A stretch of DNA of 64,000 bases from an uncultured Opitutaceae bacterium (GTDB lineage: Bacteria; Verrucomicrobiota; Verrucomicrobiia; Opitutales; Opitutaceae): positions 19,992 to 83,991 of the forward strand of contig CALFXL010000028.1 in NCBI GenBank assembly GCA_937958045.1. Direction: 5' to 3'. Position numbers and translations under genes: made by a program. Numbering within the stretch: position 1 is the stretch's first letter; the number at the start of each line of letters is the position of its first letter. Under the pieces are notes generated by a model that ran no database searches, was not told the origin of the DNA, and saw only the letters and a program-made list of their open reading frames with translations. Positions 43,569-53,077 of this stretch are shown here, in pieces.

Positions 43569-43813
43569 GCCGGTGAAATTTAAGCCGTGAGTGCGGAGGC
43601 GACCGTGAGTGCGACGGGATTGGTTTCCCGCATGACCTCCAGTTAAGCCCTAACGTTGATAAGGGTTAAGGGGGCTTTCGCTATATACAATCGATTCCCC
43701 TCCGCAAAGAGCGATGAAGACGATAAGTGTTTTCATGCTGAACCCTTCTGTGCGGACGGAGCCGCTTTCCTAGCTGTGTGCAAAGAATGCGGTAGGGGAA
43801 CTGCGCCGGGTTG

Positions 43814-44268
43814 TTAACGAGTATTAACCGCGTGGCGGTCTGTGAACTCGGGCGTCAGGTGTTTGAGCGATATCTTGATCGGGCGATCGACGGCCGTGGT
43901 GTAATTGACGATTCGCACTTGGGCTTCCAGACGCTCCTTTTCGAAAATACAATTCGTGCAGCGATGGACCGATTCGACGATCAGTATCGTGCCAGGCGTC
44001 AGGGTGTCGCGGGTGACGAGTTCCGGTCCTGACCAGGTGGGCGAGGTGGGGTGTATGGAATATAGATCGATGACCTTGCGATAGCCGGGTGGAAGATTCA
44101 CGCCGGATAGATGCATGGGAACCTTGAGTGTATATTGAGCGCCGACGTATGCCGAGAACGCCTGCTCGTGGCTGACTTCCTGAAACCTGGCGGTTGTATT
44201 ATACAGCCAGGCACGATTGCCAAAATGGCAACGAATGAAGCGACGGCTCCCGCGCGAAGGATATTCAT
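43814..44268 (-). pseudogene. Probable frameshifted exported protein or lipoprotein
   Basis: ATG 44268 encodes signal MNILRAGAVASFVAILAIVPGC, then the frame decays. A different frame continues RFQEVSHEQAFSAYVGAQYTLKVPMHLSG... to the stop at 43814 with no upstream start of its own before 44116. Confidence 0.5.
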
Positions 44269-44349
44269 GGTTTTAGACGTTACGCAGTGCCGCCATTCAA
44301 GACCGGGCTGCGACTCCCGTGGGGTTTGTTGACGAATAAAAGCCGGCGC

Positions 44350-45123
44350 TCAATCGCCGAGTTCGTGCGCGGTCACGCTGAGGGCGTAGGTGGCGGCGGT
44401 TTCGCAGCGGAGCACCAACGGGCCCAGCGTCGCAGGACGAAATCCGGCGCGGATGGCGGCTTCGACTTCGGCTGGACTAAAATCGCCTTCCGGGCCGATC
44501 AGCCAAGTCACACGGCGCAATCGACGACCGAGGGTGGCGCGGGCCTCGGCGAAAAGCGTTTTGAGCGGTTGGGCGCCGGGGTGAAGGCTCGCGATCAGGG
44601 CGAGATCCGGGGCGTTTGTGGTGCCAAGACTCGGCATCGAACCGCCCAGAAAGGTTTGGAGCGATTGCACGGGGGCAATCTCCGGAAGCCAGGGATTGCC
44701 GCACTGTTTGGCCGCTTCGAGCGCGACGGTGCGCCATTTGTCCGTCTTTTTGTCCTGACGTTCTCCATCGAGATGCACCTGCGTGCGTTCGCTTACAATG
44801 GGCACGATGCGTGCGGTGCCGATCTCCGTGGCTTTGCGAATGATCCCGTCCATGCCCGGGCCTTTGGGTAGCGCTTGGGCAAGGGTGATTTCATGGGCGA
44901 GGGGAGGAGCTTGGCGCGCGGTGCGCACGGTGAGCACGGCCGCGTTTTTGGCATGGGTGGTGAGTTCGCAGTCCCATTCGGTGCCCTTGCCGTCGAAAGC
45001 GACGACCGGATCGCCGCGGCGGGCGCGGTTGACGACCACGAGATGGTGCGATTCGCCGGGAGATAGGTGGAGAGTCGTCGGATTGATTTCGGGAGTCGGG
45101 CAATAAACGCGGAAGTCGGGCAT
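44350..45123 (-). CDS. rsmE: 16S rRNA (uracil-1498-N3)-methyltransferase
   Basis: ESHHLVVVNR, IIRKATEIG, EAAKQCG, LIGPEGDFS, LGPLVLRCETAA. Confidence 0.96.
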   Translation of the reverse strand: MPDFRVYCPTPEINPTTLHLSPGESHHLVVVNRARRGDPVVAFDGKGTEWDCELTTHAKNAAVLTVRTARQAPPLAHEITLAQALPKGPGMDGIIRKATEIGTARIVPIVSERTQVHLDGERQDKKTDKWRTVALEAAKQCGNPWLPEIAPVQSLQTFLGGSMPSLGTTNAPDLALIASLHPGAQPLKTLFAEARATLGRRLRRVTWLIGPEGDFSPAEVEAAIRAGFRPATLGPLVLRCETAATYALSVTAHELGD

Positions 45124-45159
45124 GGGAGAGGCTGGCGAGCGCCGGAAACCGAAAACAGT

Positions 45160-45193
45160 AAGGGCGCTGGCCTCGTGAAAGACCAGCGCCCTT
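45160..45193 (-). terminator. Strong hairpin downstream of tRNA-Leu(CAA), probable terminator
   Basis: AAGGGCGCTGG / CCAGCGCCCTT 11-bp stem; followed on the minus strand by ACUGUUUU. Confidence 0.55.
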
Positions 45194-45363
45194 GCCGACT
45201 TTTAGAAACTACAAACTATGACTACCAAAAAGAACGGAGTAACTGACGCGGGGTAAGACGCAGCCTGGGGCACAGCGTTCAAAAAATTCCGGGATTTTTT
45301 CTGAAAAATCTGCGCCTCTCCGCGGCCTTCCTTGGCCGCAAGCCTTCTTCTTGCGTTACTCGT

Positions 45364-45448
<85 letters not shown>

Positions 45449-45686
45449 GCAACCGAACGAGAGCCGCCAACGTAGAAACGAAGGCCCGCGTGTAAACGGA
45501 AATTTTTGGGTCTCGTGCGGCTCAACCGCTCCGGGTGCCGTGATGCGGTCATCGCGGGGGCGTTGTCGGTGTGCTCGGGGACGGGCCGCCACATTACGGG
45601 CTTCCTCTTACGGGCTTTTCCGCGATTTTGTTCTCCAACCTCTTAGGTCGGTCTCCCGTCTGTCCCTCTCCCATCTTTTTGTCCTC

Positions 45687-48600
45687 ATGAAGTCGTTTGT
45701 TGTACTCGTTTTTTCCGCACTGATGACGCTGGTGTCCGTGGCGCAGGGAGCGCTCACGGTCTCCGGTCTTCGCGTAGAGGACTTGGAAGCGCCATTCGGC
45801 GTGGATATCGCCCGGCCGCGGCTCGGCTGGAAACTCGCGTCCGATGTGCGCGGCGATCTGCAGACCGCGTATCAAGTGCTTGTCGCGTCCTCGGAGGAAA
45901 TTTTGGCGCGCGACCAAGGTGATTTGTGGGACAGCGGTCGTGTGATTTCGGGCGACACTTTATTTATTCCGTATGCGGGCAAGCCGCTGAGCTCGTCCCA
46001 ACGCGTCGTCTGGAAAGTGCGCGCGTGGGATGCCGCGGGAAATCCTTCGGCGTGGAGCGAGCCGGCGACGTGGATCATGGGCGTCCTTGGCGAAACAAAA
46101 AACGCCGGCTGGCAGCCGCAGGCGCGCTGGATCACCGACGCCGATTTGCTCACACGTACACGCACGGCGCTGGGTTTTAGTTCCGACGTCACGACCGATG
46201 AGAACGAAGTGAAATGGGTGCAGCTCGATCTCGGTCGCATGGTGAAGATCGACCGCGTGCGTCTCTACGCGTTGCGACACACCGTTCATGAACGCTTCGG
46301 TTATCCGCGTCGGTTCAAAGTCGAGGTCGCCAACAACGGCGCGATGCTCGCCGCCACGGTTCTCGCCGATTTCACGAAGGAAGATTACAACCCGTGGCTC
46401 ACACGCACCGACATCGCTGCGCCGGAGGGCGGCGTGATGGGACGTTTCTTGCGCGTCACCGCGACCAAACTCCGCGCGTTCGACGATTTCGCCTGTTTTG
46501 CGCTCAGCCAGATCGAGGTGTTGTCGGACGGAAAAAATATCGCGCCCGGCTCGAAGGTCACCGCGAGTGATTCGCGTGAAGGCGGATTGTGGTCATCCGC
46601 GGCCGTCGTCGATGGGCTCGGGCTTCCCGGCGCCAATCCGCGCGCGAACGACGCGATTTTGCTGCGCCGCGAATTCACCGTGAAGCCAGGCCTGCGTCGC
46701 GCGATTTTTCATGTGTCGGGACTCGGCCACTACACGCTTTCCGTGAACGGCGCGTCGGCCACGAATCGTCTGCTCACGCCTGGTTGGACGGAGCCTTCTC
46801 AAACCGTCCTCTACGACACGTACGATCTCACGGAGAAACTTCAGTCCGGCGCCAACGCGCTCGGACTCACGCTCGCGGGAGGCATGTACAACGTGCAGGA
46901 AAGCAAAGGCCGTTACGTGAAATTCGCATCGGCGTTTCGTCCCCTCGTGGCCTTTGGTCAACTGCGACTTGAATACGAGGATGGCTCGGTCGAATTCGTC
47001 GCGACCGATCCTCAGTGGAAAGTCGGGAAAGGCCCGCTGACATTTTCCAATGTATATGGCGGTGAAGACTACGATGCGCGCCGCGAAATCGCGGGATGGG
47101 ATCGCGCGGGCTTCGACGATGCCGGCTGGACGCCCGCCGCGGAAGCGCCCGCGCCCAACGGCACGCTGCGCGGCGCCACGCAGGCATCGCCGGCGTTTGC
47201 GCAATTCGAATCGTTTCAGCCTGTATCCATAAAAGAACTACGTCCGGGCGTGTTGATCTACGACTTCGGGCAGAACGCCGCGATGATGCCGCGTCTCAAA
47301 GTTCGCGGTGCGGCGGGCACGATCGTGCGGCTCACACCGTCGGAATTGTTGCGCGCCGATGGTTCGCTCGATCGCGGCTCGAGCGCGCATGGCGGAGTGC
47401 CGTCTTATTGGCAATACACGCTGCGCGGCGACGCCGAGGGCGAAGACTATTTCCCGCGCTTTTTCTATCACGGTTCACGCTATGTGCAGGTGGAGTTGTT
47501 GCCTGCGGAACATGTCGAGGAGGGCCCGCGTCCGGAGATTCTTTCGCTCGAATCGGTGGTGGTGCATTCGGACTCCGCGGCGGCGGGCGACTTCGAATCG
47601 TCGAGCGCGTTGTTGAACCGCATCCGCACGCTCGTGCGTTGGGCGCAGCGCAGCAACATGGCGCATGTGTTTACCGATTGCCCGCATCGCGAGCGGCTCG
47701 GCTGGCTCGAGCAGTATCATCTCAACGGACCGTCGCTGCGTTATCAGTGGGACGTCGCGCAGCTCTATCGGAAGACTTTCCAAGACATGGCGGATTCGCA
47801 GACGCTGCGCGGACTCGTGCCAAGCATATCGCCGGAGTACATCAAATTCGAAGGTGGCTTCCGCGATTCGCCGGAGTGGGGCGGTTCGGTGGTGCTCGCG
47901 GCTTGGCAGCATTACGTGTTTACGGGTGATGATACGTTGTTGCGTCGTCACTACGATACGATGAAGCGCTATGTCGCTTATCTCGGCACGCAGGCGAAAG
48001 GTCATCTGCTCTCGCACGGTCTCGGCGATTGGTACGATCAAGGTCCCGCGCGCCCCGGAAACGCGCAACTTACGCCGGTGTCGCTCGTCGCCACGGCTCA
48101 TTATTTCGAGATCACGCGCACCTTGGGTCGCATCGCGGCGCATCTGGAAAAAACGGACGACGCGCAAAAATACGCGACGCAAGCGGCCGCGATCGCGGAA
48201 GCGTTTAACCGCGAGTTTTTCGATGCCTCGCGTCCGACGTATTCGACCGGCTCGCAGACCGCGCTTGCGCTGCCACTCGTGCTCGGACTCGTGCCGGAGG
48301 AACATCGCGCGGCGATCCTCGAAGCGCTTGTATCCGAAATTCAAGGACGCGGCTACGCGGTCACCGCGGGCGATGTGGGTTATCGTTACGTGATCCGTGC
48401 GCTCGCGGATGCCGGTCGCTCCGACGTGTTGCTTGCGATGGCTCTGCAGAGTGAAAAACCGGGCTACGCTTACCAACTTGATCGCGGCGCGACGAGTCTT
48501 ATCGAGGCGTGGGACGCCAACCGGCACGCGTCGCAAAATCACTTCATGCTCGGCCAGGTGATCGAGTGGTTGTTCCACGATCTCGCCGGCATCCAGCCGG

Positions 48601-48932
48601 ATGTCACCGCGCCAGGATTCAAGCGTTTCGTCATCAAACCAGCGCTCGTGAATGGTCTCAATTGGGTGCGCGCGAATCACGAAACGCCGTACGGCCGCAT
48701 CGAATCGAAGTGGCAGCGCGAAGGCAGTATCCTGTTGCTCGATTTGACGGTGCCCGTGGGGACGACGGCGCGCGTGCATCTGCCGCTGCCGCGAGGTGAT
48801 CTTGCCGCGATTCAGGACAACGGCCGTCCCGTGTCGCACCTCGACGACATCAAGCACGTGAGCACGGTCGACGGCGTCGCTGTTCTCGAACTTGGCTCCG
48901 GCGAGTATCGCTTCAGCGCTCCGCTGAAATGA
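45687..48932 (+). CDS. GH78 alpha-L-rhamnosidase with inserted F5/8-type-C (discoidin/CBM32-like) module
   Basis: PRLGWK...QTAYQV...LWDSG N-terminus, YDFGQN, FTDCPHRERLGWLEQ, LGDWY, TSLIEAW, SQNHFMLG, TPYGRIESKW. Confidence 0.93.
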   Translation: MKSFVVLVFSALMTLVSVAQGALTVSGLRVEDLEAPFGVDIARPRLGWKLASDVRGDLQTAYQVLVASSEEILARDQGDLWDSGRVISGDTLFIPYAGKPLSSSQRVVWKVRAWDAAGNPSAWSEPATWIMGVLGETKNAGWQPQARWITDADLLTRTRTALGFSSDVTTDENEVKWVQLDLGRMVKIDRVRLYALRHTVHERFGYPRRFKVEVANNGAMLAATVLADFTKEDYNPWLTRTDIAAPEGGVMGRFLRVTATKLRAFDDFACFALSQIEVLSDGKNIAPGSKVTASDSREGGLWSSAAVVDGLGLPGANPRANDAILLRREFTVKPGLRRAIFHVSGLGHYTLSVNGASATNRLLTPGWTEPSQTVLYDTYDLTEKLQSGANALGLTLAGGMYNVQESKGRYVKFASAFRPLVAFGQLRLEYEDGSVEFVATDPQWKVGKGPLTFSNVYGGEDYDARREIAGWDRAGFDDAGWTPAAEAPAPNGTLRGATQASPAFAQFESFQPVSIKELRPGVLIYDFGQNAAMMPRLKVRGAAGTIVRLTPSELLRADGSLDRGSSAHGGVPSYWQYTLRGDAEGEDYFPRFFYHGSRYVQVELLPAEHVEEGPRPEILSLESVVVHSDSAAAGDFESSSALLNRIRTLVRWAQRSNMAHVFTDCPHRERLGWLEQYHLNGPSLRYQWDVAQLYRKTFQDMADSQTLRGLVPSISPEYIKFEGGFRDSPEWGGSVVLAAWQHYVFTGDDTLLRRHYDTMKRYVAYLGTQAKGHLLSHGLGDWYDQGPARPGNAQLTPVSLVATAHYFEITRTLGRIAAHLEKTDDAQKYATQAAAIAEAFNREFFDASRPTYSTGSQTALALPLVLGLVPEEHRAAILEALVSEIQGRGYAVTAGDVGYRYVIRALADAGRSDVLLAMALQSEKPGYAYQLDRGATSLIEAWDANRHASQNHFMLGQVIEWLFHDLAGIQPDVTAPGFKRFVIKPALVNGLNWVRANHETPYGRIESKWQREGSILLLDLTVPVGTTARVHLPLPRGDLAAIQDNGRPVSHLDDIKHVSTVDGVAVLELGSGEYRFSAPLK

Positions 48933-49201
48933 AACCTAGCGCATATCAGTCAGGTCGTCGGCGTCGAACGGGCCAGTCGGGAGCGCCGGCCGCTAGGCCG
49001 GTAATCCTTAGTTTGCCGACGGTCCGGCTGTTTCATTCAGCGGCCACAGGTTTATTTGAAATGCTCTAGCCGACGAACTCCCCAGGTGAAGCACCCGACG
49101 ATCGCGCGCTCCACCTTGTCGTCAGCGATCGTTGGCGCATGACTGTCCGGAGATGACCGGGCGCGCTTCGAACACGGTCGATGGTTTCTCTTTTTCTCTT
49201 C

Positions 49202-52200
49202 ATGAACCCCTGCACGCCTCACTGGTTTTCGTTCGCCGCGCTCATGAGTTTGACGGCTTTTCCGTACGTGTCGTTTGCCGCCGATCCCACGGCGCCTGCG
49301 GCTGCGCAAGCCGATGATTTTCCGCCCACGGTGGTTCACTCGCCCGGCGCGCCGGCGGCATCACCGAATCGCGCGTCTGAAATCGAACGTCCGCTGCGCT
49401 ATCGTCCGGAGAATGGTGACTTCGTGATCGATAACGGCACCGCGCGCTTCAACCGTCCCCTCTACGGTTATCAAACCGCCTTCCGCATCGAGGCGGGCGA
49501 CCGTCCGGAGTTTGGCCTGGCCACGCCGCGCAAGGGCGGAGTGCTGCGTATTGGAATTTCCACTACACAAGGCCGGCGCTGGCTTACAGATGCCGCGCAC
49601 GTACGCGCGCGCTATCGTCCGGGCTCGATGGTGTATGAAGTGCGTGACGCGTTGCTTGGCGAGGCGACGCTGTCGGTGGCCGTGTTGCCGACGAAAGACG
49701 CCGAAGGGCTCGTGTTGCGCGCGGAGTTGTCCGGTGAAACCACGGCGCCGGTGGAGCTCGTTTTCCTGTTTGGCGGCGCGAGCAATGAGGCCATCAACAA
49801 TCGCAACGGCGACATCATGGGCGGCCGCGATAATGCCGAGAAGTGGGAGTTGCTGCCCGCGGATTGTGCGGGGCAGACGGTGACCGCTTCCGAGGCGCGT
49901 TTCGAATTGCACGGGAAAGCAGGAGTTTTCGCCGGCACTTTGTCCGCAGGCGAATGGTCGGTCGGTGATGCAACCACGGCAGCACGGCTCAACGACGCAC
50001 TGACTTCGGTGGCGACCGATGCGCATCCGATCGCGATCGGGCGCACGCCGTTGACGGCGGGGACGCCGGTGTTTCTCGCGTTGCAACGAAGCGCACAAAG
50101 CACGCCGGTCGCGAGAACGCCGTTGAAGTTGAAGGAGGTTTTTGCCGCCGCGGAAGCTTATCGCCGCGATGTCGTGAATCGTGTGGTGGTGAACACGCCG
50201 GACGAGTTCGTGAATGCGATGCCTGCCGCGATGGCGATTTCGGGCGATGCGCTTTGGGCGCAGTCGACGGTGATGCACGGCAACAACGCCTGGCGCATGC
50301 CGTTGCTCGGTTGGCGCGGACAATACGTGCTCAACAGTTTCGGCTGGCATGACCGGGCGCGTGAACATTTCCGCCTATGGATCTCGCGGCAAAACACCGA
50401 TCCGACGAGCATCCCGCCCGCGCCGCGCGCCGATCCGGAAAAAAATCTCGCGACGGATGATTGGAGATCGCTGCACAGCTTTGGCGGCATTCCGGCGCGT
50501 CACTACGATATGAGCCTCGGCTTCGTCGATGCGCTGCTGCGCCATATCGAGTGGACCGGTGATCGCGAATTTGCGCGCGAGATCTGGCCATTTCTCACGC
50601 GGCATCTCGCGTGGGAAAAGCGCAACTTCGACCGCGGCGGACTCTACGAAGCGTACGCGGCGATTTGGGCGAGCGATGGCCTCACGTATAATGGCGGCGG
50701 CGCGGCGCATTCGACCGCGTACAATTATCTCCACAACACGCTCGCGGCGCGCATCGCGCGGTGGATCGGCGAAGATTCCACGCCGTACGAAACCGAAGCG
50801 AAGCGCATCCACGAAGCGATGCAGCGCGAGTTGTGGTTGGAGGATCGCGGTTGGTATGCGGAGTATCGCGAGTACCAAGGACTCAAACGCGCGCATCCCG
50901 CGGCGGCATTGTGGACGGTTTACCATACCATCGATTCGCGTGTGCCCGATCCGTTTCAAGCGTATCGAACGCTTCGATACGTGGACACGCATCTTGCGCG
51001 CATTCCCGTGCGTGGACCTGGCGTGCCGAAAGGCGACTGGTTCACGGTTCCGTCGACAAACTGGGTGCCGTACGAATGGAGCCTGAATAATGTTTACCTC
51101 GGCGAAACCGGTCACACCGCGCTCGCCTACTGGCAGGGCGGTCGTGCGGACGTCGCGTGGCGTTTGTGGAAAGGCACGCTGCTCGACTCGATGTTTATGG
51201 GGCTCAACCCCGGCAGCATGCCGAATCTCTCGCAGTACGATGTTTATCGCCGTGAGACGTATCGTGACTTCGGAGATTCCACCGGCGTCACCGCGCGCAG
51301 TCTCGTGGAAGGTTTGTTTGGCATCGCGGCGGATGGCATCGACGGCGAGCTCCGCATCACGCCGGGGTATCCCGCCGATTGGGAACATGCATCGATCCGC
51401 ACGCCGGACATCGAGTATGCCTTCAAGCGCGAAGGACGTCGCGACACGTACACGATTGAATGGAAGCGCTCGGATTCGCTCGCGCTGCGTCTGCGTGTAC
51501 CGGCGATTTCCTCGCGGGTTGAATCAGTTGAAGTGAATGGAAAACCGGCGACCTGGAAAAGCGATGGCTCCGCGATCGGCAGGCCCCGGCTTATCGTGGA
51601 AGGCCCTGCGGCCGCACGCAGTGAAGTTGTGATCCGCTGGAGCGGAGATGCGATCGCTCCCGAGCCGGAATCCGAAAGCGTCGGCGTGCCTGCGAACTTC
51701 GAACAAGTGCGACGCGGCGATTTCGGTTGGTGGCGCCCTGTGGCGCCGGCGCCGGCCGAGAAAACGGTGTATTCATTCACCCAATACACGGCTCCGGAAG
51801 GCGCACGTTTCGAGCCGGTCAATCTCGACGGCCTGTTCAACGACAAGATCACCCAGATCTTCCGGAACGAGTATCTCTCGCCGCGTTCGCCGCATGTTTC
51901 GTTGAGCATGCCGAAACAGGGCATCGGCAGCTGGTCGGCTTTCAGCCAAATGGCGGAGATCGACGACAGCGGCCTGCGACGTCTGGCGGCGGAGAATGGC
52001 GGAACCATTCGCCTGCCTTCAGGTGTGCCCGTGCATACGCCGCCGGCGGAGACGGCGAAGAATACGGCGTTCGTATCTTACTGGGATAATTATCCGACCG
52101 AACTTTCGGCGCCGCTGTCCGGTCGCGCACGCAACGTGATTTTGCTCGTGGCCGGTTCGACTACGCCGATGCACTCGCACATCGATAATGGTGAAGTCGT

Positions 52201-52504
52201 GGTGTCGTATGCAGACGGCTCGACCGCGCGGCTCGCGCTTCACAATCCGACCACATGGTGGCCGATCGAGCAGGATTATATGATCGACGATTATGCGTTT
52301 AGACGCGAAGCGCCGGTTCCGCTGCGGGTCGAATTAAAGACCGGTCGCATGTATGTGCCGAGTGGATACGGCCCGACTGCGGGTGGTGCAGCGACGGCGC
52401 TTTCTTTGCCGCTCGATCCGAACAAGGAACTGCGCTCGCTGACGATTCGCGCGCTCTCCACCGAGGTCGTGATCGGCCTGCTCGGTGCGACACTGATACG
52501 TTAA
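49202..52504 (+). CDS. DUF4450-type large secreted protein, putative glycoside hydrolase
   Basis: RPLRYRPENGDFVIDNG...FNRPLYG...EAGDRPEF N-terminus typical of DUF4450; central helical region (AWRMPLLGWRG, YAAIWASDG, VPYEWSLNNV) suggests an (alpha/alpha) barrel. Confidence 0.75.
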   Translation: MNPCTPHWFSFAALMSLTAFPYVSFAADPTAPAAAQADDFPPTVVHSPGAPAASPNRASEIERPLRYRPENGDFVIDNGTARFNRPLYGYQTAFRIEAGDRPEFGLATPRKGGVLRIGISTTQGRRWLTDAAHVRARYRPGSMVYEVRDALLGEATLSVAVLPTKDAEGLVLRAELSGETTAPVELVFLFGGASNEAINNRNGDIMGGRDNAEKWELLPADCAGQTVTASEARFELHGKAGVFAGTLSAGEWSVGDATTAARLNDALTSVATDAHPIAIGRTPLTAGTPVFLALQRSAQSTPVARTPLKLKEVFAAAEAYRRDVVNRVVVNTPDEFVNAMPAAMAISGDALWAQSTVMHGNNAWRMPLLGWRGQYVLNSFGWHDRAREHFRLWISRQNTDPTSIPPAPRADPEKNLATDDWRSLHSFGGIPARHYDMSLGFVDALLRHIEWTGDREFAREIWPFLTRHLAWEKRNFDRGGLYEAYAAIWASDGLTYNGGGAAHSTAYNYLHNTLAARIARWIGEDSTPYETEAKRIHEAMQRELWLEDRGWYAEYREYQGLKRAHPAAALWTVYHTIDSRVPDPFQAYRTLRYVDTHLARIPVRGPGVPKGDWFTVPSTNWVPYEWSLNNVYLGETGHTALAYWQGGRADVAWRLWKGTLLDSMFMGLNPGSMPNLSQYDVYRRETYRDFGDSTGVTARSLVEGLFGIAADGIDGELRITPGYPADWEHASIRTPDIEYAFKREGRRDTYTIEWKRSDSLALRLRVPAISSRVESVEVNGKPATWKSDGSAIGRPRLIVEGPAAARSEVVIRWSGDAIAPEPESESVGVPANFEQVRRGDFGWWRPVAPAPAEKTVYSFTQYTAPEGARFEPVNLDGLFNDKITQIFRNEYLSPRSPHVSLSMPKQGIGSWSAFSQMAEIDDSGLRRLAAENGGTIRLPSGVPVHTPPAETAKNTAFVSYWDNYPTELSAPLSGRARNVILLVAGSTTPMHSHIDNGEVVVSYADGSTARLALHNPTTWWPIEQDYMIDDYAFRREAPVPLRVELKTGRMYVPSGYGPTAGGAATALSLPLDPNKELRSLTIRALSTEVVIGLLGATLIR

Positions 52505-52594
52505 GAGTCGAAAAAATGCGGGACGCTTGATGCGGATCAAGTGTCTCGCGGCGGATGTTTGCGCAGGAGGGTGTAGCGGGCGTGTGCTCGCTGC

Positions 52595-52996
52595 ATGCAA
52601 ACGTCCGAACCACTGGTTTACTCATGCTCCGGCGCCTCAAGCGCGGCGCAAATGGCGAACCATCTCGCCATCCGTATGGATCGACTCGGCGCGGCCGAGA
52701 TGTCCTGCATCGCGGGTGTCGGTGGCGACGTTGCTCCGCTCGTGCGGGTGGCAAAGTCGGGGCGTCCGATTGTTGCGCTCGACGGTTGCGCGTTGAAATG
52801 CGCGCTGCACATCTTGAAGCGGCATCAGATCGAGCCGACCGTGCATTTTCTGCTCACCGATTATGGCGTGAAAAAACGGGCGCGGACGGACTATTCGCCG
52901 GAAGAAGCGGAAGGTGTTTTGAAACAGCTTCTCGCCGATCGGCGTTTTCCGCGCGCGTCGAAAACCGCCGTAGCAGGCGACGTTTTGGTGTGCTGA
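52595..52996 (+). CDS. DGC-domain putative zinc-binding protein
   Basis: VYSCSG...MSCIAGVGG...VALDGCALKCA conserved cysteine pattern. Confidence 0.88.
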   Translation: MQTSEPLVYSCSGASSAAQMANHLAIRMDRLGAAEMSCIAGVGGDVAPLVRVAKSGRPIVALDGCALKCALHILKRHQIEPTVHFLLTDYGVKKRARTDYSPEEAEGVLKQLLADRRFPRASKTAVAGDVLVC

Positions 52997-53077
52997 TTAG
53001 CCTGACGGTAAGAGCGCGACCAACGACAGTTGCTCGTGCGGGTGCTCGCGCCATCGTGAGGGATCTTTGCTCCTCGC

